Positions 24,274 to 32,000 of a stretch of 32,000 nt of DNA are shown here, piece by piece. The notes under the pieces were generated by a model. It was given only the letters and a program-made list of their open reading frames with translations. It was not told the origin of the DNA and searched no databases. Position 1 is the stretch's first letter. Every line of letters begins with the position of its first letter. Where the stretch lies: positions 750,001 through 782,000 of the forward strand of contig NZ_CP042911.1 in the NCBI RefSeq assembly GCF_008065095.1, written 5' to 3'. The position numbers and the translations under genes were made by a program. The stretch comes from Gemmata obscuriglobus. GTDB taxonomy: Bacteria; Planctomycetota; Planctomycetia; Gemmatales; Gemmataceae.

Positions 24274-25680
24274 TTACTCCTTCACGATCTCGAACGCCTT
24301 CTCGTCGGCGACTTCGAGCGTCGCGCTGCCCTGCTTGTTGGTCTCGACCTTGCCGGTCACACGGATCGTCGCCCCGACCAGCTTCTCGATGTCGCCCTTC
24401 GCGAGCGCGCCCTTCTGAACCTTGACCGGCACAACCACTGCGAAGTTGTCCTTCGCCCGGAAGTCCTTATCTGAGTTCAGGTACAGGTTCGCCTTCCCGC
24501 CGATCGACTGCACCATGAACTGGACCTTCACCGTTTCGCCGGCCTTCTTCGCCGCCTCCGCGGGCGTGAGTACCCCTTCCGGCGGCTTCGGCCCGACGGG
24601 GGCTGTGGTCGCCGCGGTGCCAGTTCCCTTGAGCGTGGCGAGCCGCACCTTGAACCCGCATGTGGTGTCCCCGTCTTCGTCGCAGATCTGGACGCTCACA
24701 CGCGGGTTATCGGTCCAGTCGATGGTGATGAACCCAAAATTGTCGCCGTGCGGCATCCCGCCGACGCGTTTCGAGTTCAGTTCGGGTGCGCGCCAGTTCT
24801 TCGACGACTGGTTGAACCCGCTACTGGTAACGTCGTACAGCGGGTAGCCGATCGCAGTCGGGTCCACCGAGATGTCCGCAAGGTGCCGGTCGCCGCTCAG
24901 GATCATCACCCCGCTCGCGCCGGTGCTTTTGAGCAGCGCGTAGAGCTTCTCGCGCTCCTTCGGAAACGTCGCCCACTTCTCGAACGGGTGCTCGTCCGAA
25001 ATCACCTGGATGCTGGACACGAGCAGCCGCAACTCGGCCGGCTTTTTGAGCTGCGTTTCGAGCCATTTCCATTGTTCTGTGCCGAGCAGGGTGGCGTCGG
25101 CGTCGGTGTTCGGGAGGTACGGTGCGGTCCGCAGTTTCGCGTCGAACGGCCCCTTCTTGAGCGGGCTGCGGAAGTACCGCGTGTCCAGCATGATGACCTG
25201 GACGCGCTTGCCGGGCGGGCCGTAAATCTCCGCGTGGTACACGCCCTTCTGGGCGCGCCGCGGCGAATCCGCCGGGGTTTCGAAGAAGTCGTGAAACTCC
25301 TTCTGCGCCGCGTCCTTGTGCTCCCACTCGGCGCCCGCGTCGTTCTTGCCGTAGTCGTGATCGTCCCAGGTGCCGAGCATCGGGCACGTTGCCTTCAGCT
25401 TCGCGAACCCCGGCACCTTCGCCATCTGCGCGTACTTTTCGCGGATGACCTCGGGCGTCACCTTCACCTTCCGGTCGAGGTCGGCGTACATGTTGTCGCC
25501 CAGCAGCAGCAACAGGTCCGGCTTCGCGGCGGCGATGGCGCCAAAGATGGGCACCGGCTTGTCCTGATCGACACAGGAGCCGAACGCGATCCTGGTGAGC
25601 ACCTTCGGGTCGTCGGCACGGGCGGCGGAGCCGAGTGCGACGATCAGCGCGAACAGCAGCCCGGCGCGAAAGGGGCGCAT
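24274..25680 (-). CDS. Secreted PhoD-like metallophosphatase (alkaline phosphatase D family) with an extra C-terminal domain
   Basis: The start MRPFRAGLLFALIVALGSAARA is a signal peptide (complement of 25678-25680). Motifs: RIAFGSC, LLLLGDNMYAD, TWDDHDYGKND, ILSGDRH. The ~110-aa C-terminal domain is unassigned. Confidence 0.8.
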   Translation of the reverse strand: MRPFRAGLLFALIVALGSAARADDPKVLTRIAFGSCVDQDKPVPIFGAIAAAKPDLLLLLGDNMYADLDRKVKVTPEVIREKYAQMAKVPGFAKLKATCPMLGTWDDHDYGKNDAGAEWEHKDAAQKEFHDFFETPADSPRRAQKGVYHAEIYGPPGKRVQVIMLDTRYFRSPLKKGPFDAKLRTAPYLPNTDADATLLGTEQWKWLETQLKKPAELRLLVSSIQVISDEHPFEKWATFPKEREKLYALLKSTGASGVMILSGDRHLADISVDPTAIGYPLYDVTSSGFNQSSKNWRAPELNSKRVGGMPHGDNFGFITIDWTDNPRVSVQICDEDGDTTCGFKVRLATLKGTGTAATTAPVGPKPPEGVLTPAEAAKKAGETVKVQFMVQSIGGKANLYLNSDKDFRAKDNFAVVVPVKVQKGALAKGDIEKLVGATIRVTGKVETNKQGSATLEVADEKAFEIVKE

Positions 25681-25891
25681 GGCAAGTTCCTGCGGGAGGC
25701 GGGATGTGGAGCCACCGCTATTCAACGACCGGGGCACCGGGCGGCAACGCGCAACCAACGGTATGAAGATGAAGAGTAGACGCGGCCCGCGTCCGCCGTG
25801 CGCCGCACTTATCACAAAAGCCATCCGGGGGCGGTGGCTTGTTGGGTGCAAGTGTCGCGCGGGCCGTGGGCGCCGGCCCGCGCTCGCGACG

Positions 25892-26260
25892 TTATTCCTT
25901 GACCGCCTTCTTCAGGTCATCGAACGCCGTTGCGGCTTCTTTGCTCACGGCCTCCCACTTGTCCGCGGCGGCCTTCTCCAGTTCGTCGAGCTTCTTCTTC
26001 GCGGCGTCGCGCTTCGCGCCCGCGTCCTTGAGCTGCGCGTCCAGCTTGGCCTTTTCGCCACCGGCCGCCTTCTCCGCTTTCGTTTTCAGCTCATCGACCT
26101 GTTTTTCAAGCTTGCCGAGATCGCCCTTGTACGCGATCACGAGTTCATCTTTCTTTGTCGAAGTGACCTTCGTGTCTTTTGTTGTGTCCTTCGACTGGTT
26201 GCACCCGATCGTCAGGCCGGCGATCATCAGCGCGCAGCAGCTCACGCACGTCCGTAACAT
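25892..26260 (-). CDS. Putative lipoprotein with a Lys/Glu/Ala-rich helical region
   Basis: MLRTCVSCCALMIAGLTIGCNQ is followed by KGDLGKLEKQVDELKTKAEKAAGGEKAKLDAQLKDAGAKRDAAKKKLDELEKAAADKWEAV. GAGGG lies 8 nt upstream of ATG 26260. A GTG at 26269 is the maximal start. Confidence 0.65.
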   Translation of the reverse strand: MLRTCVSCCALMIAGLTIGCNQSKDTTKDTKVTSTKKDELVIAYKGDLGKLEKQVDELKTKAEKAAGGEKAKLDAQLKDAGAKRDAAKKKLDELEKAAADKWEAVSKEAATAFDDLKKAVKE

Positions 26261-26444
26261 GGAACGCACCCTCAGTTTTCGGTGTGATGGAATCGGAAAC
26301 GGGCACGAAACGGAAGTGACCGGTCGTTGAGGGGCCGCTCGCGCCCGCCGCTGCCCCTCGCAAATAGAGACGCCGGAGCGGGGGGATTATTCCCCGCTCC
26401 CGTCGCTCCAAATTTCAGGCTCCACGCGCGGCCGAAGTGCGCAC

Positions 26445-26475
26445 GAACCGCCCGGAACGTTTGCCGGGGCGGTTC
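26445..26475 (-). terminator. Hairpin just downstream of mnmA (minus strand)
   Basis: GAACCGCCCGG / CCGGGGCGGTTC forms an 11-bp stem with one bulged G and loop AACGTTTG. It lies about 28 nt after the mnmA stop. A second 9-bp hairpin GGAGCGGGG/CCCCGCTCC is at 26375-26400. Confidence 0.4.
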
Positions 26476-26502
26476 CCCACTTGGAACGTGGCACTACCGC
26501 AT

Positions 26503-27576
26503 TCACTTCGTGGGCAGTTCGATCCACCCCCCGCCGAGGACGCGGGTGCCGTCGTACAGCGCTAGCGCCTGCCCCGGCGTGACCGCAGGCTGCGGGGCGT
26601 CGAAGACCACTTCCGCGCCGCCGTCGGGCAGCGCGGTCACGGTCGCGGGCACGCCCGCGTGCCGGTAGCGGATCTTCGCCACACACGTCAGCGGTTCCGT
26701 GGGCGGGTCGATGAGCCAGTTCATCCCGCTCGCCACGAGCCCCGATGAGAGGAGATCGCTTTCGTCGCCCACGACGACCGTGTTGGTCTCGGCGAGCAGT
26801 TCCAGCACGAAGCGCTTTTTCCCGCCACCGATGTTGAGCCCCTTGCGCTGGCCGATGGTGTAGCGGTCGATACCGTCGTGGTCACCGAGTACGGTGCCGT
26901 CGCGCTCGGCGATCACGCCGGCGGTAGCGGCTCCGGGCCGGCGGGCGCGGACGACATCGGTGTGGTTGCCGCTGGGGACGAAGCAGATTTCGACGCTGTC
27001 CGGCTTCTCCGCGACGCCCACCAAGCTCGCCTCGCGCGCGAACTGGCGGATCTGTGGCTTCGTGTACCCGCCCACCGGGAACAGCAGGTGCGGGAGCACC
27101 TCGCGCTTGATCCCGTGGAGCACGTAGCTCTGGTCCTTGTCGGCGTCAACGCCCTTGTGCAGTTCGCCGTTCCGCACCTGGGCGTAGTGCCCCGTGGCGA
27201 TGAAGTCGGCGCCCAACTTCTGGCCGAACGTCCACAACTGGCCGAACTTCAGCCAGTTGTTGCACACCACGCACGGGTTCGGCGTGCGGCCCCGCACGTA
27301 CTCGTCCGCGAAGTAATCGATGATGCGGTTGAACTCGCTCTCGAAGTCGAGCGCGTAGAACGGGATGTCGAGCTTGTCGGCCACGCGGCGCGCGTCGCCC
27401 GCGTCGATAGCTGAGCAGCAGCCCTTCTTGTTGTCGCGGCGCTCGTCGGGCTGGTCGTGGCCGTGCGTGCCGGTGCGCATGAACAGCCCGATCACCTCGT
27501 GGCCCTGCTTCTTCAGCAGGACCGCCGACGCCGAACTGTCGACCCCGCCGCTCATCGCCAACACGACACGCGCCAT
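26503..27576 (-). CDS. mnmA: tRNA-specific 2-thiouridylase (tRNA 2-thiouridine(34) synthase)
   Basis: MARVVLAMSGGVDSSASAVLLKKQGHEVIGLFM (PP-loop), CCS, VVCNNWLKF, ATGHYA, and the full-length family pattern. Confidence 0.95.
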   Translation of the reverse strand: MARVVLAMSGGVDSSASAVLLKKQGHEVIGLFMRTGTHGHDQPDERRDNKKGCCSAIDAGDARRVADKLDIPFYALDFESEFNRIIDYFADEYVRGRTPNPCVVCNNWLKFGQLWTFGQKLGADFIATGHYAQVRNGELHKGVDADKDQSYVLHGIKREVLPHLLFPVGGYTKPQIRQFAREASLVGVAEKPDSVEICFVPSGNHTDVVRARRPGAATAGVIAERDGTVLGDHDGIDRYTIGQRKGLNIGGGKKRFVLELLAETNTVVVGDESDLLSSGLVASGMNWLIDPPTEPLTCVAKIRYRHAGVPATVTALPDGGAEVVFDAPQPAVTPGQALALYDGTRVLGGGWIELPTK

Positions 27577-27654
27577 ACGGCCCTCCTCCGTTCAGTATAG
27601 AGGCGGAAGAGGCGGGACGCGTTCACACCGGCGCGCGTCGTTTCCCGGTTCCGG

Positions 27655-29400
27655 TTACGGCGTGTCGTAGTACTCGAAGAACCCGATCATCATCTCGTCC
27701 CAGGTCTGGTCGCCCCAGGTCACCTTCTTGCCCGGGTTCGGGTTGAACGGGTTCTTGGCCGAGTTGTCGTACCATGCGGTGCACTCGATTTTGCTCCCGG
27801 CGGGAAGCGCGCGGGGCTTCGCCAGCTCGTATGACAGTTGCCAGTTGAAGTCGTACTTCGGCACGTTCAGCAGCGTCTCGCGGGTGCCGTCCTTGTTCAC
27901 CAGTTCGTACTTGAACGCTTTCCCGCGGAGGTGCATGTGCGGGCTGAGCGACAGCAGCGTGGTCGGCTTCTCGAACGTGTGGCTCGCGGCCACCTGGTAG
28001 TTCTCGGCGCCCGGCGGAATGGCGAACCGCACGTTCAGCGCCGCGTCGCCCTTTGCTTCCTGCGCCGGCGGTTTCTTCGCCAGCACGATCCCCAGCACCG
28101 ACCGGTCCTTCCCGGCCGTGCCGTTGGGCGTGTAATGTACCTCGAACATCACTTGCGATCCCTTCGGCACCTTCTTCGCCATCCCCTCGGGGTAAACGAG
28201 CGGCTGGTCGCCCGGCACGTAGGTCCCGATCATGTAGCGCGCGAAGTTGTTGTGATCCAGCTTTCCACCCGGCGGGACCATGTACACGATGACGTGGTGA
28301 ACGACCGCCCGGTAGTCGGGCCGCACTTCTGCCGCCTGCACCCACATGTCTTCCTTCAGCGGCGCGCCGACCGTGATGTGCTGGTACGGGATGCCCATTC
28401 CGAGCAGCGAGGTCGCGGGCACGTCGAACGGCTGGTTCATCTTCAGCACCAGGTCCGGCTTTTGTGGGAGCCGCCACCCGTCGATGAACTGCGCCGGCGC
28501 CGGCGCGTCCTTCGGGTCCCCCTCGGGGCACCCGGCGTCGATCCACGCCAGTAGCGTTTTCTTTTCTTCCGCCGACAGCCGGCGGTCGTTCTTGAAGTGG
28601 CCCGCTGGGGCGTCCGCGTGCCACGGCGGCATGACGCCGTCCGCGACCACCTCGCGAATCATGTCCGCCCAGCCCTTCGCCTGCTTGTACGAGGTGAGGG
28701 CGAACGGGCCGACCTCGCCGGCGCGGTGGCACTCCTGACACTTCGCCTGGAAAATCGCGGCCACGTGCTTGTGGTAACTGACCGCGGCGGTCGGCACGGG
28801 CTTCTTCTCGCGGGTTAGCTTGCACCCCGCCGCGGCGGTGAACGGCTTCTTCACCTCCCGACCCTCCAGAACCGCGTCCAGAGCAGCGGCCAGTTCGCGG
28901 GTGGTGGCCTTGTCGCGGTGGACGCCGGGGGCGAACTGGTCGTCGATCCGCCCCGCGTACCGGACGGTACGGGTCGCGTCGAGCACCACGACCGTCAGGA
29001 CGCGCGAAACCGCCAGTTTGTCCGCCAGCTTCGTGCCGTCGTCCTTCAGGAGTGGGAACGGCAGCTTCAGATCTTTTGCGGCCCGGGCCACCTCGTCCGC
29101 CGAGTCGGTGAGCTGGCTGTTGACTGCGACGAACACCACACCGTCGTCGGCGTAGCGCTTGCGGAGGTCGGCGAGCCGGCCCCAGTACGCCTTACACACC
29201 GGGCAATCGAGGGCGGTGAACGCGATGACGGTGGCCTTCGCGTCGCGGGCCTGCTCGTTCAGTGCCCACGGCTTGCCCGAGAGCGGTTCCGTCAGGGTGA
29301 AATCGGCGACCTTCGCTCCGACGGGCGCGGGCTGGTCCCCGGCCGTGAGCGGACTCGCGCCGAGGGCGAGCGAAAGCGCAACGAGGGTCCGGTGGAGCAC
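27655..29400 (-). CDS. Exported multidomain redox protein: TlpA/redoxin domain (CPVC), CxxCH heme-c motif region, copper type II ascorbate-dependent monooxygenase-like domain
   Basis: The start codon is GTG with GGGAGG upstream, followed by a signal peptide. AFTALDCPVCKAYW is thioredoxin-fold. IFQAKCQECHRAGEVGPF is a planctomycete cytochrome-c-type motif. VVHHVIVY, SPHMHLRG and WDEMMIGF resemble the PHM/DBH CuH (HH...H) and CuM (HxH...M) ligand sets. Confidence 0.8.
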   Translation of the reverse strand: MLHRTLVALSLALGASPLTAGDQPAPVGAKVADFTLTEPLSGKPWALNEQARDAKATVIAFTALDCPVCKAYWGRLADLRKRYADDGVVFVAVNSQLTDSADEVARAAKDLKLPFPLLKDDGTKLADKLAVSRVLTVVVLDATRTVRYAGRIDDQFAPGVHRDKATTRELAAALDAVLEGREVKKPFTAAAGCKLTREKKPVPTAAVSYHKHVAAIFQAKCQECHRAGEVGPFALTSYKQAKGWADMIREVVADGVMPPWHADAPAGHFKNDRRLSAEEKKTLLAWIDAGCPEGDPKDAPAPAQFIDGWRLPQKPDLVLKMNQPFDVPATSLLGMGIPYQHITVGAPLKEDMWVQAAEVRPDYRAVVHHVIVYMVPPGGKLDHNNFARYMIGTYVPGDQPLVYPEGMAKKVPKGSQVMFEVHYTPNGTAGKDRSVLGIVLAKKPPAQEAKGDAALNVRFAIPPGAENYQVAASHTFEKPTTLLSLSPHMHLRGKAFKYELVNKDGTRETLLNVPKYDFNWQLSYELAKPRALPAGSKIECTAWYDNSAKNPFNPNPGKKVTWGDQTWDEMMIGFFEYYDTP

Positions 29401-29481
29401 GTCAAAGCCTCCCTGGGTGGGGCACAGGTGTCGGAGAGGTATCAGGCCGTTCGGCGGGCGCCGGCCGTGGAAGTCGAGCAG

Positions 29482-30084
29482 TCACGCCCGCGGGCGCAGG
29501 AACCGCTCTATCATCAGCCGCGCGGTGTCGCGGAACGCCGCGAGATCGATCCGCGGGTCGAGGAACTTGCGCCACGTCAGCCCGTCGGCGAGCGCGATCA
29601 GTGTTTCGGCGGCCCGGCGCGGGTCGAGGGCGGGGTCGATGTGCCCGCCCTCTTGCCCACGGCGCAAGAGTTCGACCATCCCGGCGACGATCTCCTGATC
29701 GTCGCGGCGAACAACCTCGGCCACGCGCGGGTTGCGCATGGCTTCCGCGGTACACTCGAAGTGAAGCGGCCCGCACGCCGGATCGTTGATTTGCCCCAGC
29801 ACGTCTTCCGCCAACTGGAGCAGCCCCGCGATCACGTCCGGGTTGGCCGCGGCGGTCGCGAACCGCGCGTGGGTGTCCTGCCGGTTCTCGCCGGCCATCG
29901 CGACGATGATGTCGTCCTTGCTGCGGAAGTAGCGGTACACGGACCCGGGGCTCAGACCGGCCTCCCGACACACTTCCTGCATGGACGTTTGATGGAACCC
30001 GTGGCGCGCGAAGCACCGTTCGGCCGCGGCCAGGATCTGCTTGCGGCGGTCGTCGGCCAGTGCGCACACGGCGGCCTCTCTCAT
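29482..30084 (-). CDS. TetR/AcrR-family transcriptional regulator
   Basis: RRKQILAAAERCFARHGFHQTSMQEVCREAGLSPGSVYRYFRSKDDII is the canonical TetR N-terminal HTH. Confidence 0.9.
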   Translation of the reverse strand: MREAAVCALADDRRKQILAAAERCFARHGFHQTSMQEVCREAGLSPGSVYRYFRSKDDIIVAMAGENRQDTHARFATAAANPDVIAGLLQLAEDVLGQINDPACGPLHFECTAEAMRNPRVAEVVRRDDQEIVAGMVELLRRGQEGGHIDPALDPRRAAETLIALADGLTWRKFLDPRIDLAAFRDTARLMIERFLRPRA

Positions 30085-30089
30085 CGCGA

Positions 30090-30151
30090 GCGAACGTTCA
30101 TTCGCATCATAATTGCCGGCGGATTCGTGTCAATTCGGATTGTTCGGATTG
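30090..30151. promoter_or_regulatory. Candidate operator/promoter region between the divergent TetR and cysteine-synthase-family genes
   Basis: GCGAACGTTCATTCGC (30090-30105) contains the palindrome GAACGTTC (30092-30099). A tandem direct repeat TTCGGATTG occurs twice (30134-30142, 30143-30151). The region is AT-richer than its surroundings. Confidence 0.35.
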
Positions 30152-30201
30152 CAGCAACCTTCACACATACAACACCAGCCCGGTTCCGGAGAACGACGTT
30201 C

Positions 30202-31143
30202 ATGGCCACCGAACTGCCCGGCTGTCACCGCTATTTGAACCGCATCGCCCCGACGCCGCTCGTGCCGGTGCAACTGGACGCCGGGCGGCCCGCGGTGTGG
30301 TGCAAGCTGGAGTTCCTGAACCCGAGTGGCAGCACCAAGGACCGCATCGCGCGGTTCATCCTGGAGAAGGCGTGGCGCCGCGGGCTGGTGACGTGCGGGG
30401 GCCGGGTCGTCGAGGCGTCGAGCGGGAGCACGAGCATCGCCCTGGCGCTCGCCTGCGCGCAGATGGGGCTGAAGTTCCTGGCGGTGATGCCGGAGGGCGT
30501 GAGCAACGAGCGGGTGTTCATCATCCGGGCCTACGGCGGCGACGTGACGTTCACCCCGGCGGCGCTGGGGATTCGCGGCGCGATCGCGGAGGTGGAGCGG
30601 CTCGGGGCCGAACCCGGCGTGTTCCTGCCGAAGCAGTTCGCGAACCTCGACAACGCCGAAGCCCACCGGCTCGGGACCGCGCGCGAGGTGCTGGACCAGA
30701 TCCCCGGCGGCCGGGTCGATGCGGTGGTCAGCGGGGTCGGCACCGGGGGGACGCTGGTGGGGCTGTTCGAGGGGCTGCGCGAGAACGGGTGCCGGGTGGT
30801 GCCGGTGCTGGCCCGCCCGGTCAACCTCGTGAGCGCACCGGAGGTCGAGTGCTGTAGCTTCTCGGCGCGCATCCCGGGCGTCGCGGACTCGATCTCGGAG
30901 ATTTTCCGCCCCGAGCGCGTTCCGGGCTTATTGACCGTTGAGGTGCGCGACGAGGACGCCATCGCCACGACGCGCGAGCTGATCCGGCTGGGGTTCCCGG
31001 TCGGCCCGAGTTCCGGGCTGAACTACTGCGCCGCGCTCGAAGCCCTGCGCCAGCTCAACGACCCGCACGCCCAGGTGGTCACGGTGTTCCCGGACCGGAT
31101 GGAGCGCTACTTCACCACCGAACTGTTCAAGCCGTTCGTATGA
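30202..31143 (+). CDS. PLP-dependent cysteine synthase family protein (CysK/CysM/CBS-like)
   Basis: KLEFLNPSGSTKDRIA carries the PLP Lys. SSGSTSIALA and GVGTGGTLVG are family motifs. Only the last 314 codons of track ORF 28918..31143 are used. Confidence 0.85.
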   Translation: MATELPGCHRYLNRIAPTPLVPVQLDAGRPAVWCKLEFLNPSGSTKDRIARFILEKAWRRGLVTCGGRVVEASSGSTSIALALACAQMGLKFLAVMPEGVSNERVFIIRAYGGDVTFTPAALGIRGAIAEVERLGAEPGVFLPKQFANLDNAEAHRLGTAREVLDQIPGGRVDAVVSGVGTGGTLVGLFEGLRENGCRVVPVLARPVNLVSAPEVECCSFSARIPGVADSISEIFRPERVPGLLTVEVRDEDAIATTRELIRLGFPVGPSSGLNYCAALEALRQLNDPHAQVVTVFPDRMERYFTTELFKPFV

Positions 31144-31183
31144 TGGAAGGTCGCCCGGTTCGTCCCCTCGAGCAGGCCGCGTA

Positions 31184-32000
31184 ATGAGCATCCGGCTGTC
31201 GTGCCCGTCCTGTAACCACGGTTTCGCACTGCCCGTCCTGCCGGGGCACCGTCGCGCGACGTGCCCGCGGTGCGGCGACGTGTTCCCGATTCGGACCTAC
31301 ACGGAGGAAGGGGATCACGAGCCGGTGGCGGAGACGACCGGAACCGCCGTCGCACCTAAAAGCCAGAAGCAGCCCTTCTGGAACAACGGGTTTTACCTCC
31401 TGCTGGTTACCTTCGCGCTGGTGGTGATCGCTTCGGGCGTCATTGTCGGGATGCGGACAAGAGACGGATCGGGGCCATCGAACGACGGCCTTTCTTCCGT
31501 GCCACCTCCGTCGTCGGAATTGGCCGCGCTCCGCTACCTCCGCGGGAACTCCAACATCGTGTTCGCGATTCGCCCGGAACCGCTGCTCGCGTATGCGGAA
31601 CGGACAAAGCAGCAACCCGGCGACGTGCTGAAACGGTCCGGGCTTCCGGACGGACTCGGCGCGACGGTCGAGCAACTGGGCGTTCCGCTCGCGCAGATCG
31701 ATCACCTCGCGGGCGGGCTCGAACTGGGCGAGGGCGACGACGCTATCCGACTGACGTTGGTGCTGGTGCTGAAACAACCGCCCGCCGACGAGGACATGTT
31801 TCTGAGTAAGCTGAAGGCGCGGCCGGTGGCCGGAAAGCGCGACCGGTACGACGCCGCGGTGGGCCGGTTCGGCTTGCTCCTCGCACGGGTGTCGCCGACG
31901 GTATGGGTGTTCGGGTTGAACCAGAAGGACTTTAGCGCGATCGAGGCTGGCGAGCACCGTCCGGCGGGTGCGCAGTTCCGCGGCGACGATCGCTCGGGAC
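31184..32000 (+). CDS. Zinc-ribbon, TM, extracytoplasmic domain protein. Partial: continues beyond the window end.
   Basis: My own translation from ATG 31184 gives MSIRLSCPSCNHGFALPVLPGHRRATCPRCGDVFPI, then the TM FYLLLVTFALVVIASGVIVG. The frame stays open to 32000. It is not in the ORF track because it has no stop in the window. It has the same architecture as 12655..14133. Confidence 0.7.
   Translation, partial: MSIRLSCPSCNHGFALPVLPGHRRATCPRCGDVFPIRTYTEEGDHEPVAETTGTAVAPKSQKQPFWNNGFYLLLVTFALVVIASGVIVGMRTRDGSGPSNDGLSSVPPPSSELAALRYLRGNSNIVFAIRPEPLLAYAERTKQQPGDVLKRSGLPDGLGATVEQLGVPLAQIDHLAGGLELGEGDDAIRLTLVLVLKQPPADEDMFLSKLKARPVAGKRDRYDAAVGRFGLLLARVSPTVWVFGLNQKDFSAIEAGEHRPAGAQFRGDDRSG

Noticed and set aside
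12904-29400. Other long shadow ORFs: 12904..14232 +, 14547..16070 -, 16216..17424 -, 18106..19830 -, 19928..21343 +, 23055..24146 -, 24748..25779 +, 27623..28825 -
   Set aside because: Each overlaps a gene with recognisable motifs on the opposite strand or in another frame. Each has the Arg/Gly/Pro/Ala-dominated composition of non-coding frames in GC-rich DNA.
28918-30201. First 428 codons of the 741-aa + strand ORF 28918..31143
   Set aside because: This part is antisense to the redoxin/monooxygenase gene and the TetR gene. Cysteine-synthase homology starts only at ATG 30202.
1-32000. CRISPR arrays, rRNA or tRNA genes, transposases, integrases, prophage or obvious defence islands
   Set aside because: I saw no regularly spaced direct repeats, no conserved RNA gene motifs and no recombinase, transposase or phage structural signatures in any frame. 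The long inverted repeats at 19961-20203 and 24155-24264 have no associated transposase, so I report them only as repeats or hairpins.

Overview
The window is very G+C-rich, with a strong G/C bias at third codon positions. It looks chromosomal and most likely comes from a Planctomycetota genome of the Gemmata/Gemmataceae type. The main taxonomic clue is two paralogous DUF1559 'H-X9-DG' proteins with a prepilin-type N-terminus ([32 protein letters not shown]). I support 32 protein-coding genes. I found no rRNA, tRNA, CRISPR array, transposase or integrase.

Recognisable housekeeping genes:
- pgsA-like CDP-alcohol phosphatidyltransferase
- OYE-family flavin oxidoreductase
- pheS, queD, queC, phnX (plus an HD-domain partner), uspA-like, hpt, mnmA
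- a TetR regulator and a cysteine-synthase-family enzyme

Typical planctomycete envelope and exported proteins:
- FG-GAP protein
- TAT-signal Gfo/Idh/MocA oxidoreductase
- PhoD-like phosphatase
- redoxin/heme-c/Cu-monooxygenase fusion
- several lipoproteins
- three zinc-ribbon/TM proteins

The most interesting locus is a compact three-gene operon at 1072-4720:
- an ExbB/TolQ/MotA-family ion-channel protein;
- a cytoplasmic Hsp70/actin-fold protein whose nucleotide-binding loops are eroded;
- a protein with a TolR/ExbD-like N-terminal helix carrying the conserved membrane Asp, followed by about 265 residues of coiled coil and a C-terminal vWA domain with an intact MIDAS.

I read this operon as a candidate undescribed ion-motive-force-driven envelope machine. 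That reading is inference.

Other items worth a second look are two very long perfect or near-perfect inverted repeats (19961-20203 and 24155-24264), a glycine-zipper/histone-H1-like Lys-Ala-rich protein, and a GTGA start/stop overlap coupling a zinc-ribbon membrane protein to queC.

Many long ORFs in the supplied track are antisense or off-frame artefacts of the high G+C content, and I rejected them.
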